DNA of 64,000 nucleotides from an uncultured Clostridia bacterium (GTDB lineage Bacteria; Bacillota; Clostridia; TANB77; CAG-508): NCBI GenBank assembly GCA_946415375.1, contig CAMKSF010000007.1, positions 7,283 to 71,282 of the forward strand, read 5' to 3'. Shown piece by piece: positions 54,150 to 64,000 of this stretch (position 1 is its first letter; each line of letters starts with the position of its first letter). The notes under the pieces were generated by a model. It saw only the letters and a program-made list of their open reading frames with translations, ran no database searches and was not told where the DNA came from. The position numbers and the translations under genes were made by a program.

Positions 54150-55700
54150 TTGAATAAAAAGAAAGAAACTATAACTATGGGAATAATTGCATTGCTTTTC
54201 TCACAGATGTTGATTAAGATAGTAGGATTAGCGTATAAGTTGTATCTTACAAATAAAACAGGATTTGGAGATGCTGGGAATGCAATATATAGTGCGGGAT
54301 TTCAAATATATGCACTTCTTTTAACTTTTTCCTCAATAGGTGTACCTAATTCAATTTCAAAAATTGTTTCTGAAAGATTAGCAATAGGAGATAATAGAGA
54401 TGCTCATAAAATATTTAAAATTGCTGTTTTTACATTTGCTTCTTTTGGACTAATTGGAACAATTATTTTATTTTTAGGAGCCAAAATAATTGCTAATAAT
54501 TTTTTAGAGATTCCAGAAGCAGAATATTCACTAATAGCTCTTTCACCGTCTATATTTTTTGTCTCAATTACCTCTGTTATAAGAGGATATTTTAATGGAA
54601 GACAAAATTTAACTGTAACAGCAAAATCACAAATTATTGAACAAATCTTTAAAACAACATTTACAATTTTATTAGTTGAATTTGTTGCAGTAATTACAAA
54701 AAACAATACTATGCTTATGGCAGCAACAGCTAATTTAGCAACAACTGTGGCAACCGGAATTAGTTTTGTACATATTTATGCTTATTATATAATTAGAAGA
54801 AAAGAAAATGAATTTGAAATAAGTCAAAGTGTAAATTATGTGCCAACAAGGATAAGAAAAACATTAAAAATAATCCTAAAAGAATCATTACCAATATCTT
54901 TAAGTGCACTTATGTCTTCATTTAATAAGAACATTGACCTATTTACAGTAGTAAAAATATTAAAAAAATATATGAGTGAACAATATGCTAAAATTCAATA
55001 TGGTATACTTAGTGGAAAAATAGATACTTTATGTGTTTTACCATTATCTTTAAATATAGCATTTGTTACAGGAATGGTTCCTAGTATTTCAAAATCCATG
55101 GCAAAGGGAGACAAAGAACAAGTCATAAAAAAAATATATTCTTTTCTTCAAATCACAATAATTATATCTCTTCCATGTACAGTAGGTCTAATAATTTATC
55201 CAAAAGAAATTTTAAACTTATTATTTCCTAATGCAAATAGTGGAGAGACTTTATTACAGATTAATGCTATAGCTATTTTTTTTGCAATGATTACGCAGAC
55301 AATAAATGGTGTGTTACAAGGAATAGGAAAAAGTAGTATACCATTAATTGCTTTTTCAATAGGATTAGTTTTTAAGTTCTTTACAAATATTTTATTGATT
55401 TCAAATCCTAATATTGGTATTAAAGGAGCGGCAATTGGAAATATAGTATGTAATTTAATTGTTTTTTTCATAGGATTTTTTTACTTGAAAAATAAATTAA
55501 AATTAAAAATTAAATTTAAAAAATTATTTTTGAAACCAATTTTAGCAACAACGTTAATGTCTTTTCAATCAACATTCTTAAAAATTATCTTAAAAAATAT
55601 TATTTTTAAAAAAGAAATATCGATTTTAGCAATCTTAACTAGCGCAATGACTTACGGCATTGCTATTGCAACTCTAAGAACAATAAAAATAAAACATTAA
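54150..55700 (+). CDS. MOP-superfamily flippase (SpoVB/MurJ-like polysaccharide biosynthesis protein)
   Basis: TTG start after GGAGGAG; about 14 TM helices, 516 aa; N-terminus ...GIIALLFSQMLIKIVGLAYKLYLTN typical of this family. Confidence 0.7.
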   Translation: MNKKKETITMGIIALLFSQMLIKIVGLAYKLYLTNKTGFGDAGNAIYSAGFQIYALLLTFSSIGVPNSISKIVSERLAIGDNRDAHKIFKIAVFTFASFGLIGTIILFLGAKIIANNFLEIPEAEYSLIALSPSIFFVSITSVIRGYFNGRQNLTVTAKSQIIEQIFKTTFTILLVEFVAVITKNNTMLMAATANLATTVATGISFVHIYAYYIIRRKENEFEISQSVNYVPTRIRKTLKIILKESLPISLSALMSSFNKNIDLFTVVKILKKYMSEQYAKIQYGILSGKIDTLCVLPLSLNIAFVTGMVPSISKSMAKGDKEQVIKKIYSFLQITIIISLPCTVGLIIYPKEILNLLFPNANSGETLLQINAIAIFFAMITQTINGVLQGIGKSSIPLIAFSIGLVFKFFTNILLISNPNIGIKGAAIGNIVCNLIVFFIGFFYLKNKLKLKIKFKKLFLKPILATTLMSFQSTFLKIILKNIIFKKEISILAILTSAMTYGIAIATLRTIKIKH

Positions 55701-55827
55701 AATTTTTTTTTCAAAAAAAAGAGGGATTTTATCGAAGATTGGCGAATAGTTAAAATAGTAGTACATATGATGCCTATTGCATCAATAGATACTACATAAA
55801 CTTTAAATCTTATAGGAGGTAATTTAA

Positions 55828-56106
55828 ATGAACAAAGCTGAATTAGTAGCAGCAGTAGCTGCAAAAACAGGAGACACAAAGAAAGCAGCTGAAGCATCAG
55901 TAGATGCTATCGTAGCAGCAATCAAAGAATCATTAAAGAAAGGTGAAAAAGTACAATTAGTAGGATTTGGATCTTTCGAAGTTAGAAAAAGAGCAGCTAG
56001 AAAAGGAAGAAATCCACAAACTAAGGAAGAAATCAAAATACCTGCATCAAAAGCTCCAGTATTTAGAGCTGGTAAACAACTTAAAGAATTAGTTAACAAA
56101 AAATAA
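55828..56106 (+). CDS. hup: DNA-binding protein HU
   Basis: [11 protein letters not shown]...[45 protein letters not shown]. Confidence 0.96.
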   Translation: MNKAELVAAVAAKTGDTKKAAEASVDAIVAAIKESLKKGEKVQLVGFGSFEVRKRAARKGRNPQTKEEIKIPASKAPVFRAGKQLKELVNKK

Positions 56107-56124
56107 TTTGATTTTTATATAAAG

Positions 56125-56151
56125 GAGACCGATTTTTCGGTTTCTTTTTTT
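56125..56151 (+). terminator. hup terminator
   Basis: GAGACCGA-TTTT-TCGGTTTC followed by T7. Confidence 0.7.
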
Positions 56152-56157
56152 ATGTTT

Positions 56158-56182
56158 GTAAAAGAGAACCGTCCCATTTTCC
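56158..56182 (+). repeat. 25-nt quasi-palindromic motif, copy C
   Basis: GTAAAAGAGAACCGTCCCATTTTCC, 23/25 identical to 3496-3520, also followed by A6; 20 nt upstream of the rpsU -35. Confidence 0.8.
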
Positions 56183-56202
56183 AAAAAACTTTTTTCTAAG
56201 CC

Positions 56203-56232
56203 TTGACAAGTTCTACCAATATGGAGTATAAT
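56203..56232 (+). promoter_or_regulatory. rpsU promoter
   Basis: TTGACA 56203-56208, 18-nt spacer, TATAAT 56227-56232. Confidence 0.55.
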
Positions 56233-56318
56233 GTTATTTGTATATAGGGAGAGGCTAGTCCTCAATGAGAAAAAACCCACATACATTATGTGTATGGACT
56301 TGGAAGGGGGGAATATTA

Positions 56319-56489
56319 ATGTCAGAAGTAAAAGTTAATAATGGAAATATAGAAGATGCTTTAAAAAGGTTTAAAAGACAATGTGCTAGAAATGGAGTTC
56401 TACAAGAAGTTCGTAAAAGAGAGCACTATGAAAAACCTAGTGTAAAGAGAAAGAAAAAATCAGAGGCAGCTAGAAAAAGAAAGTTTTAG
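56319..56489 (+). CDS. rpsU: 30S ribosomal protein S21
   Basis: GGGGGG RBS then ATG 56319; [41 protein letters not shown]... Confidence 0.93.
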   Translation: MSEVKVNNGNIEDALKRFKRQCARNGVLQEVRKREHYEKPSVKRKKKSEAARKRKF

Positions 56490-56500
56490 TGTAAGTAAAA

Positions 56501-56533
56501 GGTGCTATTAAAATAGCATCTTTTTGTTTTTTT
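56501..56533 (+). terminator. rpsU terminator
   Basis: GGTGCTATT / AATAGCATC stem followed by TTTTTGTTTTTTT. Confidence 0.6.
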
Positions 56534-56602
56534 AAAATAAAATGAACCAAATTCTAAATTCATACGTCTAACAGATGAAAAAAGAGGAAAGGAAGAAATA
56601 AA

Positions 56603-57124
56603 ATGGCCATTATACCAATCCAATTTAAAGATAAAAAAGAACAGAGTTTTACAAAACTTATTGAAGAGAATAAATTAAAATTTTACAAAACAGCTAAAAT
56701 TATTTTAAAAAATGATGATGATTGCTATGATGCTCTTCAAGAAGCACTAATAAGTATTTACAATAATTTTGATCAACTTAAAAATAAAGAGTTTTTTTCA
56801 ACATGGGCAACTCGAATTGTAATTAATAAGTGCTATGATTTGCTAAGAAAAAACAAGAAAAACATAGTTTCTTTTGAAGAAAATTATGAAAGTGAAATAC
56901 AATCATCGGAATTTGATAATTATGATATTGACTTATATGGAATAAAAAAAGCAATGAATAATTTAAGCGAAGGTTTAAAATTGATTGTTATTTTATATTA
57001 CTATGATGATTATTCAATAAAAGAAATATCTAATATAATTAATATTCCAGAAGGAACTGTAAAATCTAGACTCTCAAAAGCAAGAGAAATAATAAAAAAA
57101 GAATTAATGAAGGAGGAGATTTAA
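56603..57124 (+). CDS. ECF-type sigma-70 family RNA polymerase sigma factor
   Basis: Region 2 (YDALQEALISIY...FSTWATRIVINKCYDLLRK) and region 4 (YSIKEISNIINIPEGTVKSRLSKAR). Confidence 0.85.
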   Translation: MAIIPIQFKDKKEQSFTKLIEENKLKFYKTAKIILKNDDDCYDALQEALISIYNNFDQLKNKEFFSTWATRIVINKCYDLLRKNKKNIVSFEENYESEIQSSEFDNYDIDLYGIKKAMNNLSEGLKLIVILYYYDDYSIKEISNIINIPEGTVKSRLSKAREIIKKELMKEEI

Positions 57125-58666
57125 ATGAATGATAAAGAATTTGATAAGTTAATAAAAAGCAAATTGCAAGAGGAAAAACAAATTCCTAAAAATATAAATC
57201 AACTCTTTTCTGAATTTGGAATGGAGGTTAAAATGAAAGAAAAAAATAGTAAAAAATATAATTATTTTAAAATGGCACCAATAGCAGCTTCTTTAATGAT
57301 TGTTACATTTTTTGGAGGATGTACATTTGCACATGTAAATGGTAGAGAAACTATTATTTCACCGTTATTAAGACAAATGGGAATAAATAGTAAATACGAA
57401 GAGAATAAAACAGAGTTTAATGAAGAAACAAAAAAAGAAGGAGTTAATATTAAAATTTTAGATGGAGCAATTGACGATACATCTTTAATTATAGGATATG
57501 AAATACAAATTGATAATAACGATTATGATAATTGGATAGAAATAGAAGGAGAATATAAGATAAATAATATTACTGTAAAGCCAATAAATCATTCAATAGA
57601 TAAATTATCTGATACATCATATATATATTATCAAGTATTTGACGCAAGTGAAATTAAAATTGAAAATAAAGAAAACGTAAAAATAAATGCAACTATTAGA
57701 AGTATTAAGGAATATAAAGAAAGTGAAACGCTAGATTCAGTAGAAGCAATATATGGAAAAGAACATAATAATATATGGAGCTTTGAAGAAAATATTGTTG
57801 TAAATAATATTGAAAAATCTAAAATATATGAATTCGAAGATAGTTCTAATAAAAAAACAATTGAAAATGTTTATTTGTCTGTTACAGAGTATATGACAGG
57901 CTCTTATACAAATATATTAAAGATAAAAACAGATAAATCTAATTATGAGGGAGATGACTTTAAAAAATACTATAAAGTATTAGATGAAAACAATAAGGAA
58001 ATTTGTATGTGCCTAGAAGAAGATAGACAATATGATGAAAGAGTATATACTGATAGACTAATTCTTGGAAATGTAAATGAAAATTCAAAAATAAAAGTGG
58101 AAGTATATTTAAAAATGAGTAATGACAAATCTTTTAAAAAAGTTTCAACTATTTTAGTAGATTTATCTAAAAAAATAGAAAAGAAAGAAATTGTTACAAA
58201 TTTAAAAGAATATATTTCAAAAGAATATAGACTAAAATATAAAGATACATGGATATTAACAGAGAAATTGGATACAACAAAAGTTGGACCTAATAGTAGA
58301 TATTTAGGAGCTTTAAATTTAGAAATTCCTTCTACAACAAATTCTAATTATACATCATCATTATATGTAAAAATTGAAGATACAAATAAAGAATTAGATG
58401 AGTATGTTGATAATAGAATAAAACAAAATAAGAATGAAAATATAGAAAATAAGTCAATAAACACAGCAAATTTTAAAAATTTGACAGGATATGAAATAGT
58501 TTCTGAGACCACTGATGGGGAAGAAATATACACTTATGTTGATTTTGTAACAAAAGCAAATAGAAAGATTTACAATATTACTTTCTTTGGAAGTGAAAAA
58601 GAGTACAATAATATTAAAAGTGATATTAAAGATTTTATTGGAAACTTTGAAATAATAAATAAATAA
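57125..58666 (+). CDS. putative membrane-bound anti-sigma factor (DUF4179-like ectodomain)
   Basis: Starts directly at the sigma gene stop; short cytoplasmic N-terminus, one TM (MAPIAASLMIVTFFGG), large extracytoplasmic domain. Confidence 0.5.
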   Translation: MNDKEFDKLIKSKLQEEKQIPKNINQLFSEFGMEVKMKEKNSKKYNYFKMAPIAASLMIVTFFGGCTFAHVNGRETIISPLLRQMGINSKYEENKTEFNEETKKEGVNIKILDGAIDDTSLIIGYEIQIDNNDYDNWIEIEGEYKINNITVKPINHSIDKLSDTSYIYYQVFDASEIKIENKENVKINATIRSIKEYKESETLDSVEAIYGKEHNNIWSFEENIVVNNIEKSKIYEFEDSSNKKTIENVYLSVTEYMTGSYTNILKIKTDKSNYEGDDFKKYYKVLDENNKEICMCLEEDRQYDERVYTDRLILGNVNENSKIKVEVYLKMSNDKSFKKVSTILVDLSKKIEKKEIVTNLKEYISKEYRLKYKDTWILTEKLDTTKVGPNSRYLGALNLEIPSTTNSNYTSSLYVKIEDTNKELDEYVDNRIKQNKNENIENKSINTANFKNLTGYEIVSETTDGEEIYTYVDFVTKANRKIYNITFFGSEKEYNNIKSDIKDFIGNFEIINK

Positions 58667-58744
58667 TAGAAAAAAGACAGGGAAAATAATATAAATCCTT
58701 GTCTTTTGGCTAATTATATGATAAAATAAAGGAGTAAAGGAGAT

Positions 58745-59212
58745 GTGGAAAAAGTGTATTTAGAAAATTTTTTAGAACAATATAAAGATAAAAAAGTAAA
58801 AATGTTTGTAGATATGGATGGAGTAATAGCTGACTTTGATTTTGGAATGACTTATGATTACGATAAAAAAAGACCTTTGTATTCAAGCATTGAAAAATTA
58901 GAAAGTATTTCTAAAAAAGATAATGTTGATTTATACATATTTTCTGCAACTAGGATGAACAAAGGATATGATGAAAAACAATATTGGCTGGACAAATATG
59001 CTCCATTTTTTAAGAAAGAAAACAGAGTAATTATTTCAAGAGAAAAGCACGATTTTGTTGAATCTGCAACATTAAAAGCAAATTATATGAAAAATGTTGA
59101 AAGAGATGGAAGTGTATTAGTAGTAATAGATGATGACCCAAAAAATTTAAGAGCAATACATCAATCAAATGAAGATGTTGTGCTATTAAAAGATACAGCA
59201 TTAGTAGATTAA
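58745..59212 (+). CDS. HAD-superfamily 5'(3')-deoxyribonucleotidase-like protein
   Basis: FVDMDGVIADFD (DxDxV nucleophile motif), VVIDDDPKN; start codon uncertain (GTG 58745 or 58754). Confidence 0.6.
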   Translation: MEKVYLENFLEQYKDKKVKMFVDMDGVIADFDFGMTYDYDKKRPLYSSIEKLESISKKDNVDLYIFSATRMNKGYDEKQYWLDKYAPFFKKENRVIISREKHDFVESATLKANYMKNVERDGSVLVVIDDDPKNLRAIHQSNEDVVLLKDTALVD

Positions 59213-59227
59213 ATTCAAGGAGAATTT

Positions 59228-61184
59228 ATGTTTAAATTAGTATCAAAGTATAGGCCTACTGGAGATCAACCAGAGGCAATTGAATATTTAAGTGAAGGAA
59301 TAAAGTCTGGAAAGAAATTTCAGACTTTACTTGGCGTGACACGGAAGTGGTAAAACTTTTACTATGGCAAATATAATTCAAAAGGTACAAAAGCCTACAC
59401 TTGTTTTAGCACATAATAAGACTTTAGCAGGACAATTATATTCAGAATTTAAAGAATTTTTTCCTGAAAACAATGTTGAATACTTTGTTTCATATTATGA
59501 TTATTACCAACCAGAAAGCTATATCGCTCAATCAGACACATATATAGAAAAAGATGCCTCTATAAATGATGAGATAGATAAATTAAGACATTCTGCAACA
59601 GCTTCACTTTTTGAAACAAGAGATGTAATAATTGTTGCATCTGTAAGTTGTATATATGGATTAGGTGATCCTATTGATTATGAAAATATGATTGTATCTT
59701 TAAGGCCAGGAATGGAAATAGATAGAGACAAGGTTTTAAAAAAACTTGTAAATATGCAATATTCAAGAAATGAAATTGATTTTAAAAGAGGAACTTTTAG
59801 AGCAAAAGGAGATATTTTAGAAATATATCCATCAGACAGAGGTGAATCTGCGATAAGAGTTGAGTTTTGGGGAGATATGATAGAAAAGGTAAGTGAAATA
59901 AATCCACTTACAGGAAAGACTATTGGCGTAAGAGAACATGTAATGATATTCCCAAATTCACATTATGTAGCAAGTCCTGATAAAATGGAAAGAGCATTAT
60001 GTACAATCGAAGAAGAAATGCATGAAAGAGTTGAATTCTTTAAATCTCAAAATAAATTAATAGAAGCGCAACGTATAGAAGAAAGAACAAATTTTGATTT
60101 GGAAATGATGAGGGAAACTGGATTTTGCCAAGGAATAGAAAATTACTCAAGACATATTTCAGGAAGAGAACCTGGAAGCCCACCATTTACATTATTTGAT
60201 TATTTTCCAAAAGATTTTTTACTATTAATAGATGAATCTCATGCAACAATTCCACAGGTTAGAGCAATGTATAATGGAGATAGGGCTAGAAAAGATTCAC
60301 TTGTAAAATATGGATTTAGACTTCCATCTGCTTATGATAACAGACCACTTACGTTTAAAGAATTTGAACAAAGAATAAATCAAGTCGTATTTGTAAGTGC
60401 AACTCCAGCAGAATACGAAAATGAACATAGTAAAGAAAATGTTGTAGAACAGATTATAAGACCAACAGGATTATTAGATCCTAAAATTGAGGTTAAACCT
60501 GTAACAAACCAGGTAGATGATTTAATTGAACAAATAAGAATAAGAGTAGAGAGAAATGAGAGAGTTTTAGTTACAACTCTTACTAAAAAAATGGCAGAGG
60601 ATTTGACAGCATATTTACAAAGTTTAGATATTAAAGTAAATTATATGCATTCAGACATAAAAGCATTAGAGAGAATGGAGATAATTAGGAATCTTAGATT
60701 AGGAGAATTTGATGTATTAGTTGGAATCAACCTTCTAAGAGAAGGACTTGATATTCCAGAAGTATCTTTAGTTGCAATTTTAGATGCAGATAAAGAAGGA
60801 TTTTTACGTTCAGAACGTTCTTTAATCCAGACTATAGGTCGTGCTGCAAGAAATACAGATGGTACAGTTATAATGTATGGAGATGAATTAACTCAGTCTA
60901 TGGAAAATGCAATAAGAGAAACTAATAGGAGAAGAGCAATACAGGAACAATATAATAAAGAACATAATATAACACCACAAACTATAAAGAAGGATGTAAG
61001 AGACTCTATAAGGGCTATTAAAGTAGAAGATATAGGATTAGAATATAAAATCGATAAAGATGAAGACATTAAAGATGTTATAACTAAGCTTACAGATGAG
61101 ATGTTAAAATATGCTGCAGAAATGGAATTTGAAAAAGCTGCAGAGATAAGGGATAAGATAAAGGAATTGGAGAAATTGACATAA
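59228..61184 (+). pseudogene. uvrB: excinuclease ABC subunit B, interrupted by a 1-nt insertion inside the Walker A codons
   Basis: 59228-59353 reads [18 protein letters not shown]...[10 protein letters not shown]; deleting 59341 or 59342 restores [15 protein letters not shown], in frame with ORF 59364..61184 (DESH box, UVR domain [12 protein letters not shown]). Confidence 0.85.
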
Positions 61185-61250
61185 TACGCAAAAAATAGTA
61201 TAATAGTTGTAGATAAAATCTATTTAAATAATTGAAAAGAGAGGTTTTAT

Positions 61251-62348
61251 ATGAGTAATAAAAATGATTTTTATAGAGAAAATGCCATAAATGCGACTAG
61301 AGCTAAAAAAGTTATAAGAAAGCCTGAAAAAGATAGCAAAGGCAATATTATAATAAAAGATGGAACATATGTTAGTTCGAAACTAAACACTACTCTGTAT
61401 AATTTTACAAATGGATGGATTCTTCTTTCACAACCAGGAACTATTAATAGAGAAGGAGTACAAGGAACGATGGCTCTAGTAAAATCATATATACCTGATA
61501 AATATCCAGGTTATTATGATGAATCTGATAAAGAAATATTAAGAGCAAATAACTTTATAATGCCTGAGATTGCAAAACAATTTGAGTTAGAAGCAGCAGA
61601 ATACTATAATGTGGTTTTTGAAGATGGTGACGAGCTAAAAAATAGAGAAAATTATATAATAGAAGGTAGAACCAAAAAACAAAAAATAAAACCTAAAACA
61701 AGATATTTATTAACACCGTCTTTTAGAAAGAGTAATGAAAAGATGGTACATTTATCGGATTTTCTAACAGATAAGGACGAATTAGATGCACGTAAATTAT
61801 TAAATGAGATTAGAACATATTTACTAAGTGAAAATGTTGTATCAAGCGATATTGATAATGTTTTAAGAAATTTTATAAAACAGAGCATTTTTAATAAATT
61901 TATAGATTTTTCAGATGAACATAACTTAAATGCTGGTATTTTGATAACTAACGATAGAAAAGAAAAAAGAGCAAGATTGGCACCTTGTTATGATCTTGAT
62001 TTTTCAGGTGGAGTATATAATATAACAGATGGTGGTTATCCTAAATTTTTTCTAAGGCATAATGAAAATGGTGGAAATACATTAACGAGTATTCTAGCTA
62101 CTTTTTTTACACAGTTCGAAAGAAACTATTTAGCGGAAATAATTCCTAAAATAGATATAGATGAGGCGATTAATTCCGGAGAACAAAATGGTAATTTTAA
62201 ATTATCAGAAATAGCTAGACAAAGATATAAAGATTTTTTTAGAAATCAACAAGAAGAATTAGTAAGCTTTTATGAAAAATATTGTAGAAATTACAATAAC
62301 AATAGAACAAGTGAATTTGAAAATAGAGATAGTGATGAACCAAGATAA
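61251..62348 (+). CDS. hypothetical protein with a HipA_C-like kinase core, tentative
   Basis: FSDEHNLNAGILITN...ARLAPCYDLDFS resembles the HipA catalytic-loop D-x-H-x-x-N ... LAPxYD pattern; no HipB-like neighbour. Confidence 0.3.
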   Translation: MSNKNDFYRENAINATRAKKVIRKPEKDSKGNIIIKDGTYVSSKLNTTLYNFTNGWILLSQPGTINREGVQGTMALVKSYIPDKYPGYYDESDKEILRANNFIMPEIAKQFELEAAEYYNVVFEDGDELKNRENYIIEGRTKKQKIKPKTRYLLTPSFRKSNEKMVHLSDFLTDKDELDARKLLNEIRTYLLSENVVSSDIDNVLRNFIKQSIFNKFIDFSDEHNLNAGILITNDRKEKRARLAPCYDLDFSGGVYNITDGGYPKFFLRHNENGGNTLTSILATFFTQFERNYLAEIIPKIDIDEAINSGEQNGNFKLSEIARQRYKDFFRNQQEELVSFYEKYCRNYNNNRTSEFENRDSDEPR

Positions 62349-62411
62349 AATTTGACAACAAAAGGGGGATTTATGTAAAATTCGTCGAATAATATATATA
62401 GGTAATTTTTA

Positions 62412-62455
62412 AAAATGGAACGGTTCCATTTATAAAAGAACCGTTTTGTTTTTTA
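62412..62455 (+). repeat. palindrome plus degenerate relative of the 25-nt motif
   Basis: AAAAATGGAACGGTTCCATTT (palindrome) followed by AAAAGAACCGTTTTGTTTTTT; between the HipA-like gene and dnaG. Confidence 0.4.
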
Positions 62456-62475
62456 CGTTAGGGGAGGCGAAAAAT

Positions 62476-64000
62476 GTGCGATACAGTGATGAAATTTTGG
62501 ATGATGTAAAAAGCTCAAATGATATAGTAGATGTTATTTCGCAATATATAAGATTAAAAAGAAGCGGAAGAAATTACTTCGGCTTATGTCCATTTCATAA
62601 CGAAAAGTCGCCATCATTTTCGGTTTCACCCGATAAGCAGATATTTCACTGTTTTGGTTGTGGAGTAGGAGGAAATATTATAACTTTCATAAGCAAAATA
62701 GAAGGAATAGGATTTAAAGAGGCAATAGAAGTTTTAGCAGAAAGAGCGAACATAAAGCTACCTACAATAGATAACAGTGCAGATAATAAAAAAGAAGAAT
62801 TAAAAGCAAAAGTGTATAAAGTAAATAGCTTTACGGCAGAATACTATCATAAAAAGCTTTATGAACCAACTTCAAAGATAGCACAAGAATATGTAAAAAA
62901 GAGAAAACTAAATAATGAAACAATACAAAGCTTTAAGGTAGGATTTTCAGGAAGATTTGATGAACTTTACCAAGCTTTAAAAAAAGAAGGCTTTAATGAT
63001 GAAGAAATATTGGAGTCTGGCTTAGTTAACAAAAATGACAATGGAAAATATATTGATAGATATAGAAATAGATTGATGATACCTATTTTTGATGAAAGAA
63101 ATAGAGTAATTGCATTTGGTGGAAGAGTACTTGATGACTCAAAGCCCAAATATATAAACTCACCAGAAAATATTGTTTATATAAAAGGAAGACATTTATT
63201 TGGATTAAATGTTGCAAAAAAAGGTGATACAAAAAGGCTATTAATAGTAGAAGGATATATGGATGCAATTTCTTTACATCAAAGAGGAATTACAAATGTA
63301 GTAGCGTCACTTGGTACTGCACTTACAACATCACAAGGATGGTTACTAAGAAAAAATTGTGAGCAAGTAATATTAGGTTTTGACTCAGACGGAGCTGGAC
63401 AAACAGCTATAATGAGAGCAGTAGAAGTTATGCAAAATATGGGCTGTGATATGAGGATATTACAAATGACAGGAGCAAAAGACCCTGATGAATACATATT
63501 AAAATATGGATCAGTAAGATTTCAAAAACTGATGGATGATGCAATATCATTAATTGAATTTAAAATTAAAGTTTTACAAAAAGATTTAAATCTAGAAAAT
63601 GCGAGTGATAAAATCAAATTTTTAAATGAAATAGCAAAATTAATTTCAAAAGTCGAAAATACCATGGAAAGAGAAATATACATTGAAAAAATAGCTAAAG
63701 GGTATAATATCTCAAAAGAAGCCATTTATGCAGAAGTAAATAAATTACAGTATTCAAATAGAAAAGATAAGAAGGTTTTAGAAAAAGAAAAACCTGTTGT
63801 TTCTAAAATACGAAAAGAAGAAAAACATGATGTATCAGAGGAAATAACAAAAAGAGAAAACACAATAATATGGATTTTAATAAATAGTATTGATACATAC
63901 AAAACTATAAAAGAAAACATTAAAATAGAAGATTTTAAAAATGAGGAAAATAAAGAAATATTAAAAGAAATATATATTGCGATTGAAAATGGAAATACTA
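62476..64000 (+). CDS. dnaG: DNA primase DnaG (5' part; continues beyond the window)
   Basis: GTG 62476, 8 nt after GGGGAGG; CHC2 zinc finger CPFHNEKSPSFSVSPDKQIFHCFGCGVGGN; TOPRIM LIVEGYMDAISLHQ; absent from the ORF track because no stop lies in the window. Confidence 0.92.
   Translation, partial: MRYSDEILDDVKSSNDIVDVISQYIRLKRSGRNYFGLCPFHNEKSPSFSVSPDKQIFHCFGCGVGGNIITFISKIEGIGFKEAIEVLAERANIKLPTIDNSADNKKEELKAKVYKVNSFTAEYYHKKLYEPTSKIAQEYVKKRKLNNETIQSFKVGFSGRFDELYQALKKEGFNDEEILESGLVNKNDNGKYIDRYRNRLMIPIFDERNRVIAFGGRVLDDSKPKYINSPENIVYIKGRHLFGLNVAKKGDTKRLLIVEGYMDAISLHQRGITNVVASLGTALTTSQGWLLRKNCEQVILGFDSDGAGQTAIMRAVEVMQNMGCDMRILQMTGAKDPDEYILKYGSVRFQKLMDDAISLIEFKIKVLQKDLNLENASDKIKFLNEIAKLISKVENTMEREIYIEKIAKGYNISKEAIYAEVNKLQYSNRKDKKVLEKEKPVVSKIRKEEKHDVSEEITKRENTIIWILINSIDTYKTIKENIKIEDFKNEENKEILKEIYIAIENGNT

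Noticed and set aside
55697-56099. Minus-strand ORFs of 66 and 91 aa around hup
   Set aside because: One is antisense to the hup coding sequence and the other spans its promoter region. HU identity is unambiguous.
62419-62450. GAAC...GTTC elements read as a possible LexA (Cheo) box near uvrB/dnaG
   Set aside because: The Cheo box is GAAC-N4-GTTC. Here the palindrome is GGAAC-G-GTTCC (N1), and the second element lacks the GTTC half. It also lies downstream of uvrB, not upstream.

Overview
64-kb chromosomal window from a low-GC (roughly 30% by eye) Firmicutes, probably Clostridia-like, using the standard code (TGA, TAA and TAG all act as stops). No rRNA, tRNA, CRISPR array, transposase or integrase was recognised by eye.

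Content in order:
(1) Orphan genes, one of them replication-relaxation-like. A 25-nt motif occurs here and recurs elsewhere in the window.
(2) The start of a dcw cluster (mraZ with a phased AAGTGGT operator, then rsmH and ftsL). About 14 kb of surface-protein genes separate it from its class B PBP gene: an SDR, an LPXTG protein, a sortase, a 1933-aa DUF11/CnaB/VWA adhesin, an O-antigen-ligase-like protein, a Big_2/Fn3 protein and an HExxH protein.
(3) A LytTR + polytopic-membrane two-gene module inserted at the 3' end of the PBP gene, leaving a duplicated PBP tail.
(4) The most interesting region, about 25.2-37.6 kb. It holds three SipW-type (S26B) signal peptidase paralogues: one lacks the catalytic Ser and one is fused to a polytopic membrane domain. 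With them are three small TasA/camelysin-like secreted proteins, two large Listeria-Bacteroides-repeat proteins (LamG-like and beta-helix-like cargo, one frameshifted), a 2-TM protein and a diverged pair of cytoplasmic paralogues. A MacB/FtsX-type ABC transporter follows.
(5) Housekeeping genes: a four-subunit 2-oxoacid:ferredoxin oxidoreductase, typA, a TrmR-like methyltransferase and a U32 peptidase split by a divergent RelA/SpoT-like gene, rpsI-rplM, a MOP flippase, hup, rpsU, an ECF sigma/anti-sigma pair, an NT5C-like HAD, uvrB (frameshifted inside Walker A), a HipA-like orphan and the 5' part of dnaG.

All family assignments rest on motifs read by eye and need HMM or structure confirmation.
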